A DNA stretch of 60,586 nt from Stylophora pistillata (lineage: Eukaryota). This document shows positions 24,601 to 32,400 of this stretch, in pieces; the first letter of the stretch is position 1, and the number at the start of each line of letters is the position of its first letter. The DNA lies in contig NW_019217960.1 in NCBI RefSeq assembly GCF_002571385.2, positions 381,199 to 441,784 on the forward strand, given 5' to 3'. The notes beneath the pieces were generated by a model. It worked only from the letters and a program-made list of their open reading frames with translations. It was not told the origin of the DNA and made no database searches. A program made the position numbers and the translations under genes.

Positions 24601-26700
24601 AGTCACTCACTCTATCTGTAAATCAGTCTATAAGTCTAAGCTTTTCAAATACGCTGATTTATGAATAATTGCATTGGACGCCATCAGAAGGATGAATTGA
24701 CAGGATAATGTCTTTTAAGTTATATTATGCTTCTTTAGGAGGAAGCTGACGGTCGACTCACCTATAAGAAGCGAAACTTAGTTTTTTCAAAATTTTAGCA
24801 TGAAATAATTCTTGACAAAATTCACTCTTTTCTCATTTTCAGCCTACCAACTTGAACTTTTTGTAAACGGTTCATCCGTTGGATCAAAGAGTGATGTATT
24901 GCCTCACACCTGGGTAGGTCTCTTTGTAACGTTTGGTTACCTCTAAAGTTCTTTAAAGTAACTCAATATAAAACGAAGGCAAGACTCTTGTTTTTATAGC
25001 TCGAACGAGAGATTGCCGGACTGCAGCGTACAACAATAGACTTCCAGCCTCAGACCCTACCGACTCTCAGGAGTGACTAGCATCTAGTTTCCTTCATGAT
25101 ATCACCCCTGAATCACTCATTAAGGTCACGAGAATAAAGGAAATGATCACAAGCTAAAGAAGCACGTGATTGTCAACTGAAGCAAATTCTTCCTCTTCAG
25201 CCCTCAGGAAATGAATAGGGAACAGTATGGAGAATATGCATACCGATGTTAGAGTGAAAAGGGTTAAAGAATGAACACACTCTTGCAAAATGTCGGGCTC
25301 TTCCATCCCGGTTGGGTAGGGTATGCTCAAAGAAATTAGCCTAAAAAATTTGGGAAAAACTTGAAAAAACGCAGACAGGAAATTAAATTTATGCATAAAT
25401 TCCCACCTTTGGCCTCCTTCACCTCTCTGTAACTTGGAGAAAGTTGAAATTGTATTTCCTATTTTTCTAGTGGTCTTTTAGTGACCTTCTTTTGTTTTTC
25501 TATTTCTCTTTTAGTCGTCTCGTGACCTTCTTTATGTGGGCCGTGACAACAGTAATTACTTGAAAGGAACTGTGGATGACGTAAGTTTGTTTAGTCCTGA
25601 GGTTGCTTTTGTTTTCATTTACCCTCTGAGTTTTCGGAGAACATTTTTCATTGTCAATGAATAGTTACTTTCAATGAAGAGGACTGTGCAACTTCTTGAC
25701 TGCTGTTATAAGAGCCAATTCTCAAAGTTATTCAAACAGGGTAGTCAGTGCGCAGGAGTTGTCGTAAATATTCAAGTAGGAGAACTTGCTCTTACTTTAT
25801 AACAGTCGATATCCAGTCGTTTCGAACCACGGTTGTTTCGTACCCAGTCAATTCGTATTCAAATTCAAGAGAATCAAGTAGGAATCAAATATATTCGGCC
25901 ACCATTATGATATATGACCCCGTTTGATTGTTTAGCAGCCCCTCTCGACACTGGATTTGAATGCATTACCATGCTTAATCAAACTTTGCCTTGTAATATT
26001 TCACCTCATAAGCAGTTTGATCGTCTAGCTAGCGTGTGTTGTGTGCGACAAACACGATTCTGAACAGAAATATTCCAAGTTTAGGTGGGGCTCAAGCAAT
26101 AACAGTTTCTTTATAAACTTGCCCCCTTTATTTACTTTGTACAGTTGACTCTGTGGGGGGTGTATGTCGAAGACGCGGATATTGTTAATTACATGAAAAC
26201 TGCCGGCCTGTCGTTACCCATCCACAAGGGTGTGGTCAGAGCACATTTCAGTATGGACGAGACTTCTGATTCAATCATTCTTGATCAAGCGGGAAATGGT
26301 TACCATGGAAATCTAATTGGCGGAACAAGTTTCGTCGCGGTGAGTAACGTGTTTGATGGTTCGTGATCTGCTATAATTAGGAAATGCTCCTGTGAAATGA
26401 CTAGTCTTAGGAACCCTTTGAGCAACTTGGGTGTGGCATATTTTGAAGGATATGGGTCTCGCAAATCTTGGGTCCTCGAAACCCAGGGTATCCTGCATTA
26501 TGAAATATGATATTAAATAGGTTGTTGCTCATGTTGTTCGACTTAAAACTGATATTCACGTAATGGAAAAAGTACTGTTTATTTGTTTTGTTTCATAGAG
26601 CTCTGTCGACAAGAACCGTTTTGTACTAACATTCCCAAACAATAAGAGGAGGAGACGAAGAAGTGTAAATACGCCCTGGTCGCAACACAATGAACTCTAG
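599..26700 (+). CDS. Mega-thrombospondin-like secreted protein (5'-partial; 41 coding exons in window, ~1838 aa): LRR, LRRCT, FN3, fibro-slime/PA14, 2 cadherin, GCC2/3-like Cys repeats, 4 EGF, TSP type-3 repeats, TSP C-terminal L-lectin, LamG, furin site + HNEL
   Basis: Hand-spliced exons with GT-AG ends and matching phases; summed length 5518 nt stays in frame to TAG at 26698-26700. Diagnostic motifs: [17 protein letters not shown]...DxDxDGxGDAC repeats, VDFSG...[18 protein letters not shown]. Confidence 0.9.
891..962 (+). CDS. mega-TSP exon: LRR ([24 protein letters not shown])
   Basis: Classic 72-bp phase 2-2 LRR exon, ttttag|...|gtaagt. Confidence 0.85.
1261..1439 (+). CDS. mega-TSP exon: LRRCT cap ([11 protein letters not shown]...C..P...C)
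   Basis: tgcag|...|gtacgt; NxFxCDC motif. Confidence 0.85.
1585..1718 (+). CDS. mega-TSP exon: FN3-like, N-half ([21 protein letters not shown])
   Basis: ctag|...|gtaaat; donor chosen by phase. Confidence 0.75.
2470..2722 (+). CDS. mega-TSP exon: FN3-like, C-half (..[16 protein letters not shown]..)
   Basis: catag|...|gtaagt, open frame. Confidence 0.8.
3429..3495 (+). CDS. mega-TSP exon: start of fibro-slime/PA14 (..LDIIYYDFQ)
   Basis: tcag|...|gtaagt, phase 1-2. Confidence 0.75.
4072..4395 (+). CDS. mega-TSP exon: fibro-slime/PA14 ([24 protein letters not shown])
   Basis: ttcag|...|gtatgg; motifs match the fibro-slime/psi-factor family. Confidence 0.85.
4774..4943 (+). CDS. mega-TSP exon: fibro-slime core ([25 protein letters not shown])
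   Basis: ttcag|...|gtacga. Confidence 0.85.
5620..5720 (+). CDS. mega-TSP exon: insertion within fibro-slime domain
   Basis: tgcag|...|gtaata, phase 1-0 fits neighbours. Confidence 0.75.
6311..6504. repeat. 21-bp minisatellite (TTCTTGATTATACAATCCCTG) x9
   Basis: Direct inspection. Confidence 0.95.
6791..6943 (+). CDS. mega-TSP exon: end of fibro-slime ([10 protein letters not shown]) and start of cadherin 1 ([12 protein letters not shown])
   Basis: gaag|...|gtgaaa. Confidence 0.85.
7351..7570 (+). CDS. mega-TSP exon: cadherin 1 (GNEQDRFEI) with Pro/Thr insert
   Basis: ctag|...|gtaaga. Confidence 0.8.
7979..8124 (+). CDS. mega-TSP exon: cadherin 1 ([19 protein letters not shown])
   Basis: cccag|...|gtaagt; LDxE motif. 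Confidence 0.85.
8582..8757 (+). CDS. mega-TSP exon: cadherin linker/cadherin 2 ([23 protein letters not shown])
   Basis: gtag|...|gtgcgt; DxNDxxP and AxDxDxG motifs. Confidence 0.85.
9198..9770. other. Assembly gap (573 N)
   Basis: N run. Confidence 1.
9835..10082 (+). CDS. mega-TSP exon: cadherin 2 end ([13 protein letters not shown]..)
   Basis: atag|...|gtaagt; phase 2 matches the preceding exon. Confidence 0.8.
10614..10765 (+). CDS. mega-TSP exon: Cys-rich GCC2/3-like repeat
   Basis: ctag|...|gtaagt; CxxGxFC..CxPCPxGW. Confidence 0.85.
10970..11032 (+). CDS. mega-TSP exon: Cys-rich ([21 protein letters not shown])
   Basis: ttcag|...|gtgggt. Confidence 0.75.
11494..11590 (+). CDS. mega-TSP exon: Cys-rich ([32 protein letters not shown])
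   Basis: gctag|...|gttggt; restores phase; absent from the ORF track. Confidence 0.8.
11899..12093 (+). CDS. mega-TSP exon: ephrin-receptor-like/GCC Cys repeat ([19 protein letters not shown])
   Basis: ctcag|...|gtgagt. Confidence 0.85.
12671..12801 (+). CDS. mega-TSP exon: EGF 1 ([27 protein letters not shown])
   Basis: ttag|...|gtagga; TSP-type EGF. Confidence 0.9.
13313..13528 (+). CDS. mega-TSP exon: EGF 2-3 ([14 protein letters not shown])
   Basis: acag|...|gtgagt. Confidence 0.9.
13989..14138 (+). CDS. mega-TSP exon: EGF 3-4
   Basis: acag|...|gtatgg; [15 protein letters not shown]. Confidence 0.9.
14705..14809 (+). CDS. mega-TSP exon: EGF 4 end / first type-3 repeat ([12 protein letters not shown])
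   Basis: ttag|...|gtaagt. Confidence 0.9.
14891..14995 (+). mobile_element. LINE 3'-end fragment with (TTA)n tail
   Basis: Shares CCTGTAAACTAGCT..TAAG..TTT..CCAC.TTAAA with the LINE 3'UTR at 40311-40353. Confidence 0.55.
15283..15390 (+). CDS. mega-TSP exon: TSP type-3 repeat
   Basis: gcag|[17 protein letters not shown]..|gtaagt. Confidence 0.9.
15625..16072. repeat. Older degenerate palindromic hammerhead-bearing repeat, host of the above insertion
   Basis: gactgacgtttggacg.. inverted against ctctgatgatgac..tcgagacgtcagtc. Confidence 0.5.
15733..15975 (+). mobile_element. Penelope-like palindromic insertion with 13-bp direct repeat ACTCTGATGATGA (15720-15732 / 15976-15988); hammerhead variant at 15827-15860
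   Basis: Near-identical to the 1-479 family; inverted 5' part; flanking direct repeat. Confidence 0.75.
16167..16329 (+). CDS. mega-TSP exon: TSP type-3 repeats
   Basis: ccag|[23 protein letters not shown]..|gtaaga. Confidence 0.9.
16886..16998 (+). CDS. mega-TSP exon: TSP type-3 repeats
   Basis: gtag|..[23 protein letters not shown]..|gtacgt. Confidence 0.9.
17489..17544 (+). CDS. mega-TSP exon: degenerate type-3 repeat ([19 protein letters not shown])
   Basis: gtag|...|gtgagt, phase 0-2. Confidence 0.8.
17571..18272. mobile_element. MITE/fold-back element with ~200-bp terminal inverted repeats
   Basis: GGTTACCGTGCACCTTCAGGGG.. at 17571 inverted against ..CCCCTGAAGGTGCACGGTAACC at 18272; no clean TSD. 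Confidence 0.8.
19487..19572 (+). CDS. mega-TSP exon: TSP type-3 repeat
   Basis: ttcag|[12 protein letters not shown]..|gtacat. Confidence 0.9.
19802..19915 (+). CDS. mega-TSP exon: TSP type-3 repeat
   Basis: atag|[14 protein letters not shown]..|gtaaac. Confidence 0.88.
20245..20420 (+). CDS. mega-TSP exon: last type-3 repeat / start of L-lectin
   Basis: gtag|..[18 protein letters not shown]..|gtatgt. Confidence 0.88.
20805..20862 (+). CDS. mega-TSP exon: TSP C-terminal domain ([20 protein letters not shown])
   Basis: ccag|...|gtttgt. Confidence 0.8.
21483..21673 (+). CDS. mega-TSP exon: TSP C-terminal L-lectin ([18 protein letters not shown])
   Basis: gtag|...|gtaaaa. Confidence 0.9.
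21746..21820 (+). CDS. mega-TSP exon: L-lectin ([14 protein letters not shown])
   Basis: acag|...|gtgagt. Confidence 0.9.
21909..22006 (+). CDS. mega-TSP exon: L-lectin ([17 protein letters not shown])
   Basis: tcag|...|gtaaca. Confidence 0.9.
22221..22364 (+). CDS. mega-TSP exon: L-lectin end (GGRLG..Q..VIWS.L..RC)
   Basis: ttcag|...|gttagt; frame stays open past the usual TSP C-terminus. Confidence 0.9.
22466..22842 (+). mobile_element. tRNA-derived SINE
   Basis: A-box-like TAACTCAATTGG and B-box GGTTCGAGCCC head, unrelated body, (TAAAT)n tail. Confidence 0.75.
23072..23283 (+). mobile_element. 5'-truncated Penelope-like copy with 13-bp TSD TCTTAAATAAGCA (23059-23071 / 23284-23296)
   Basis: Matches 270-479; hammerhead copy has a GTC>GAC change. 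Confidence 0.75.
23550..23630 (+). CDS. mega-TSP exon: LamG/ConA-like start ([11 protein letters not shown])
   Basis: gtag|...|gtgctt. Confidence 0.85.
23878..23982 (+). CDS. mega-TSP exon: LamG (FTISTWV)
   Basis: tgcag|...|gtatga. Confidence 0.85.
24076..24173 (+). CDS. mega-TSP exon: LamG (WHHLAYRYD)
   Basis: ctcag|...|gtaaga. Confidence 0.85.
24328..24420. repeat. (CACT/CAGT)n microsatellite
   Basis: Direct inspection; degenerate CAGT/CAAT flanks 24225-24630. Confidence 0.9.
24843..24913 (+). CDS. mega-TSP exon: LamG (LELFVNG)
   Basis: ttcag|...|gtaggt. Confidence 0.85.
25052..25267. mobile_element. Degenerate MITE ending ..AAAGGGTTAA
   Basis: Resembles an abundant coral TTAACCC..GGGTTAA short element (from memory); left TIR decayed. 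Confidence 0.45.
25515..25580 (+). CDS. mega-TSP exon: LamG ([13 protein letters not shown])
   Basis: tttag|...|gtaagt. Confidence 0.85.
26145..26339 (+). CDS. mega-TSP exon: LamG end ([18 protein letters not shown])
   Basis: acag|...|gtgagt. Confidence 0.85.
26599..26700 (+). CDS. mega-TSP terminal exon: [33 protein letters not shown]
   Basis: catag| phase 0, TAG at 26698-26700. Confidence 0.8.
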   Translation, partial: SSVDKNRFVLTFPNNKRRRRRSVNTPWSQHNEL

Positions 26701-29442
26701 GAATAGGAAACTTGTTGTTGTTGTTATTTTATTTTTTTTTTTTTATTTTTTACAATTCTTTTTGGTTGAACACTCACAAATGTCAACTTGAACAATATAA
26801 ATGTAGAACGTGCTTAGTATGCTTCTGATGCAGGCCGCTAGCAACTGTTTTTGACCTTTTTTGAACTATTTATTGTATTTAAGGTACACTAGGTTGTGAA
26901 AGAACTCATATTTTTGATACGTGAAATTGATGTTATTTGATTGAGTGATAATGTTTATTTAAAGCTTTTTGCATAATACTAGTCTTCGAAGTCGAGCTGA
27001 TATTAAGTCTTTATTAAGAAAAAATTTTTCCAATCGTTATTTAGTTTCACTCCATTCGCTAAAACAATTTTGAATTCTAAAAGTTACTGAAAGTATTTTG
27101 TGCTTTTTGATAGCATACACATGTACGTGTTGCAGACAAGAAAAGTACACAATGATATTTATATTTGTTTACTTCTTCAAAAGTTACAAGCGATTTTATA
27201 TTTGCAACCAAGGTCAAAATTGAGGGAAAATTCCCTCTTTCCCACCTCTAAATGTTGGTGACGCGTAAATTGGACTCCACCAAAACAGTCCAAAATTGAT
27301 CAGTTAACACATACTTTTCCTTGCAACATGGTACGGCTCGTACTGAATCCAGCGAACAGTTAATGGAAATAGATAGTTACCAACTCAGAAAGTGTTGATC
27401 AAAGAATTTACTTGAAAGTATATTACAGCTTTAATCATAGTAGGGCCGGAGTGAAACGGATTGAAAACAAAAATTGTAGAGTTGACTGTTCGTACTTGTT
27501 GTCTTGTTTTGGAGGCTAAGTTATTTAAATCAATGGTGTTTTATTTGATCTGTGGTAGATTCTAAGTTATTTAGACAGCATTCGCTTATCTATATTTCCA
27601 TGTGACTGTGACACTTTTCTATCGAATTCCTATCAAAAGATGCAACGAGAAATGTAAGTCAGAACCAGGTTTTTAGAGGGCGATTTGCATTACTCCAAGT
27701 TTAGCTGTTGAGATATAAGCATATGGCTTTTCTATACAGTTAAACATAGGGTTACTGTAAGCCGGAGTTTCGAGCAACTCAAGCCGGGTATATCACTGAC
27801 AGATGTAATTATACGATAGAAGAAATCGACGGAGAAGAAGTAACAACTGATTTCTTGAAGGAGTTTGAAATGTTTATTTTTGATAGCCATTAGTATTACG
27901 TAGTATATTTTGTAAAATGCAGGCATTTGACGTTTTTCAGCACCACGAGAATTGTCAATAAACAACGTTAAGGTTAACCAAAAAGAGTCATTGTTTCTTA
28001 GCTTTTGGCAAGAGGATCAAAATTTCGGTTTTTCATCGCATTGCATTCATACCATGCGTACTATTGTAGAGTACGTTATGCAACTGATATAATTTTGGGA
28101 AATTTCAGCGCACCAAGTGGTTCCCAATCCTTAGAGATACTGAGGAGACAATTTACTTGACCCTCCTCGCCCCCCCCTCCCCTCTTTCCCTTTTTTGTTA
28201 ATGTTCTTTTTGTTTTTACTTTAGTCTCGCCGAAAACAATAATCACATTAAGAAAAAGAAGTAAGTGAAAGATGAGTGAAATGAAGAGAGAATTTTTCTT
28301 TTTTTTCTTTTTATTGATTCGATTTTTGTTTTCGTTTGAAGTAAGCTAGTTCCGGTGAGGGAAGTTTTACCATTTTCAAACCTTGAATTTGTTGGAAATC
28401 CCTGATTGAGGAATACCTCTCGATACAACTACTGAGTGAAAAAATCAAATTTGAAATTAACATTCTCTTTCAATAGAATGATTGTCAGATTCGAGTGAAT
28501 AAAAAAGAAGAATATCTACAAATCCACAGAAAAATCAATCAAGTCAAGATTTAATTTATCCTTTAGATTTTATGACTAAATACACGCAGTTAATTCTACT
28601 ATTGGATTTTAATAGGTTTTTTTATGTTATTTATGGCTTCGTTGCTCCACTGGAATAAACAAACCTCGAGGTTCTTCTTTAGCAACCGTCTCATAAAACC
28701 CAGCTGGAAAACTAGTTATTCCTGGTTACAAATTCTACCAGTAAATATGTTTGGAGCTCTGACGATGTGTAAGTACCAGAGTGACGTTCCAAGAGGTACT
28801 TCGCAAGAACCAACTTTTTACACATTCACCTTTGTTACTCATGAAATCAGCTTCAACCACAAAAGGACTACTTGATAGAATGTGCGGAACTAAGGGAAAC
28901 TACATCTGTCTGATGGTCTGCTTGTTTGATTGTTTGAAATTATGCTAACGTAACAATACTACTCTTGAAAGAACTAGTAACAGATTTCTTCAAAAAAAAA
29001 AAGAAAAACTCAACTTTCTAAAAATGATACAAGAGAAGTCTAAAGAGTTGGACGTAATATTGTTATTATTTGTCATATCTCTCCAATCTCCATGCCATGC
29101 CTTTATGTGGTTCTGGTGGTCTCAAACCCAAAGGCCGCGCGTAGGATATGCGGTGTTCTCATTTTTCTGCAAAGCAGTAAAAGTTCTATCAATTAAGATG
29201 GTGCAGTCACACGAGCAAAAGAAAAATGGTATTCATAACTGCACAACTTACAGCAGAGAATTTAATTAGCAAAATAAAAAATACGGCTCTTATTATAGAG
29301 TAGGTATACTTGCGAGGGCGTTTGTGTATTAAAATTTTTATTTTATTTTACGAGGCTCAACAAGAGCAATATTATTATGGTCATACTGAATGTGCGCTAC
29401 TGGAAGACTTGAAGCTTTGTTCTCAGGGGTGGTTGGAACTTT

Positions 29443-29468
29443 CTAATAATTTCTGAACTGCGTTGTCA
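29443..29468 (-). CDS. Candidate terminal exon (VTTQFRNY*)
   Basis: AG at 29470-29469, phase 1, AATAAA ~100 nt downstream (29347-29342). An alternative acceptor at 29167 gives EK*. Confidence 0.3.
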
Positions 29469-32400
29469 CTTTCAAATGAAACTTTCTCACGTTTTAACTT
29501 GGTTAAACGCGAAATGATGACAATGGTTCCGTTCTTTTTACTAAGGAGCATCCTCTCAGTTAGTTTAAAATCAGGCTGCGGATCTTGCGCCAGTTATTGA
29601 ACCGACCCAGTGCAGCAGGGAAGGTAGTTTCTAAACGATCATCCTTAATTGCTAATGTGTCAGACAACATGAATGTAAAACGAACAACTTGCCACGGCAA
29701 TCATAGAGAGACTTGGAGGCTTCTTTTCCAAAAGTGTGTGTTCCTCTGGGACACGAAATACAAGAGAATTTGGCTCTTTTATTTTGGTAATGCTTCACGG
29801 CACATTTTTGGCATAGTGCTTTGCTGGTATCGTAAAAATAGCCAGCTTTACAATCAACTAAATAGTTTATAAATGAGGAAAAGTAGAAATGGCTGATCAG
29901 AATTTTTCAAACATACCTGGTATCATGAATAGCTTTTTTATTTAGTTCAAGGGCATAGACTATTTTTCATATTTTCGTAAGCCTTCCTATGTATCATGCA
30001 TGGAACTGATTTTATTTTCACCATCGGCAAGTAGGGGAATCTACACAACGTCTTTAAGGTATGGTTAAAATCATTTTTAGTAGAATGAGAGTAAAGTAAA
30101 TCGGATAATAAAAGGTTGAAAAACGAAAAATTAAAAGACTGTTAAGGAGTAGGATGTTTACCTGTTTAAGTGAAGTCATCCTCCTCTATTACAACCATGC
30201 CCCCATAACTGACGTTTTATCATATGCAAAACTGAACCACGAGAAAATTGATAAAAACAAGTATATTACCTGTTTTTTGCGTTTTTGTGTAAGTGCTACT
30301 GTCGTCATTAATGCACTCAACGTCAACATTCTCAGCTTTGCACTTGTCACGGAAGGTAGGAAGCTGGCAGACCATTCGAAACACTGACGAGTTCAGTACC
30401 TGTATGAACCGCTGCTGTATTTGTGACATCACTTCAGGGGTTCTACAATCTCCGCTGTAATAATACATCCCTCCCGCCATTTTGAATGTATTTGGCTTGT
30501 ATGGTACTGAAAGAGATGGCAGGCATTCCTTAACAAAGCGCTTGCCAATTCTATCCCGCGCGTGGCAGGTTTCTGAGTTGGGTTGTTACAGCGTTTCTCG
30601 TTCGCGACATCACAAAAACAAATTAAAATTTCAACTGAATTTTCGCTCGAAAAAATTATCATTCTGAAAATCCTATCACTCCAGTGGCATTTAAGGCAAG
30701 TCAGTTGTTTCAAACGTTTTGGAAGCTATTTTCAAAATGGAATTGCCTGCAGTTCGTTCATGATGAAAATTTTCAAAACATAAATTGTGCTTTTGAGCAC
30801 GTCATGCGACTTATTATAATTGATTATTTACAATACTTACTAGAACAATCAGGCCAGTGTCTTGACAGCCACATTCCTCTTTCATTGCAAAACCACACCC
30901 CAAACGCTCTCATTGGTCTCGTAAAATCCCATCCGATGCTACAAAATGGAGTACAATAGCGTCCCATTGACCAGGTTGTGCAAGCAATTGCCCCATTCCT
31001 GGGTGGTTTTTTCACAAAACATCTCTTGTCTGACGCGAAACACAACAAATAGAAAGAAGAGCCGGTTACCACGACGATGATTGAATCGAGAGACGAAGGA
31101 AGGGTACAAAAACAGTAAAATGACACGTACAAGTGGACTATCCACTATGATTTGTTCCAGTGAGAAATGCAGAAAGAGGTTTATTTACCTCATTCACCTC
31201 ACAAAAGGCATCATGCAATATTTTCGCTCATGTCACAATACTTTGAGATCAAATCTATTACAGAGACAAAGGAAGAAAAAAAAACATAACCCCCCATCCC
31301 TCCTTCCCCCCCCAAAAAAAAAAGTTTGAAATATGGTATCTCGAGGACCAAGTAAAAATTTGATATTCTAAAAGCAAAAATATTCATTTTATCACGTTAT
31401 GGAGTTACTCTCACAAACGGAGCAGCTTGTCTTCATTCATGGGATTCACCAGACAACTCTGAGGGCGTATTCTTTCAAAAGCACTGATTAGAAGTATTTT
31501 AGGTTAATACGATTTTTTTATACCCAGTTATCACCTGTGTGTGTTTTAGGATAAACCTAGACAATGAGAAACCCAACAAAACGAGAACGTTTATTGTCAA
31601 AAGGGTCTATTTGAAAAGGATTATATCTCACCGTGGCAATCGTGACGCGACTTGGAGGCTTCCGCACCGCGAGTGTATGTTCCTTTGGGACAGGGTATAC
31701 AGGTCACCTGTGCCTTATGATCCTGGTAATGGTTCACAGGACATTTCTGGCATGAGGCTTTGTCAAAATCGTAGAAATAGCCAGCTTGACAGCTTTCTGA
31801 ATAAAGAGGAAAGATAAAGTCTTAGTGATGGGGCACTTTTTCAAACCAGTTCTATTTTCGTTAGCGTTATGGGTTTTTCCAATTTTTTTTCGGACCATCA
31901 ATAAAAGATCTCTTTGTTCAACTTGGTATATCGGACATGTTTTCCCCCCATTGACGAATTTAATTTTGACCACATAGAACTCTCCTCATTCCTCGAAACT
32001 TCCATCTGAGGTAATGGTTTTTGTGCTGCTGCTGCTGCTGCGAATTGCAAATTCCAATCAGCTGAATTGCGAAAACACGGTACAAGCGATGAACATGATA
32101 TTTTTACGCCTCTGTCAAAAAATATATACAGTTGAACAACTACATCTAACTTTACGTTTTACAGCTAATGTACTGGTGATGCATCTATAGGTTTGCCAGA
32201 TTGTTTAGAGTCATTCAAATGATAGTTGTTTAGTTACGTTATGGAGTCTTATGCAACTGCTGGACATTCGCATTCAATTGGTGGGCGGGTGAGATCAAGC
32301 AATTTTTTTCTACCTAATAAGGATGGTGTACCTAAGCATTCCTTCCTCGATTTTGAAGCTTCTTGTCCCAGGGTGGTAGTTCCATTGGGACAAGGAACAC

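Noticed and set aside
26686-26700. Idea that HNEL makes this protein a RAP-like chaperone for the neighbouring YWTD protein
   Set aside because: RAP binds LDLa repeats, which the neighbour lacks, and there is no RAP homology beyond four residues.
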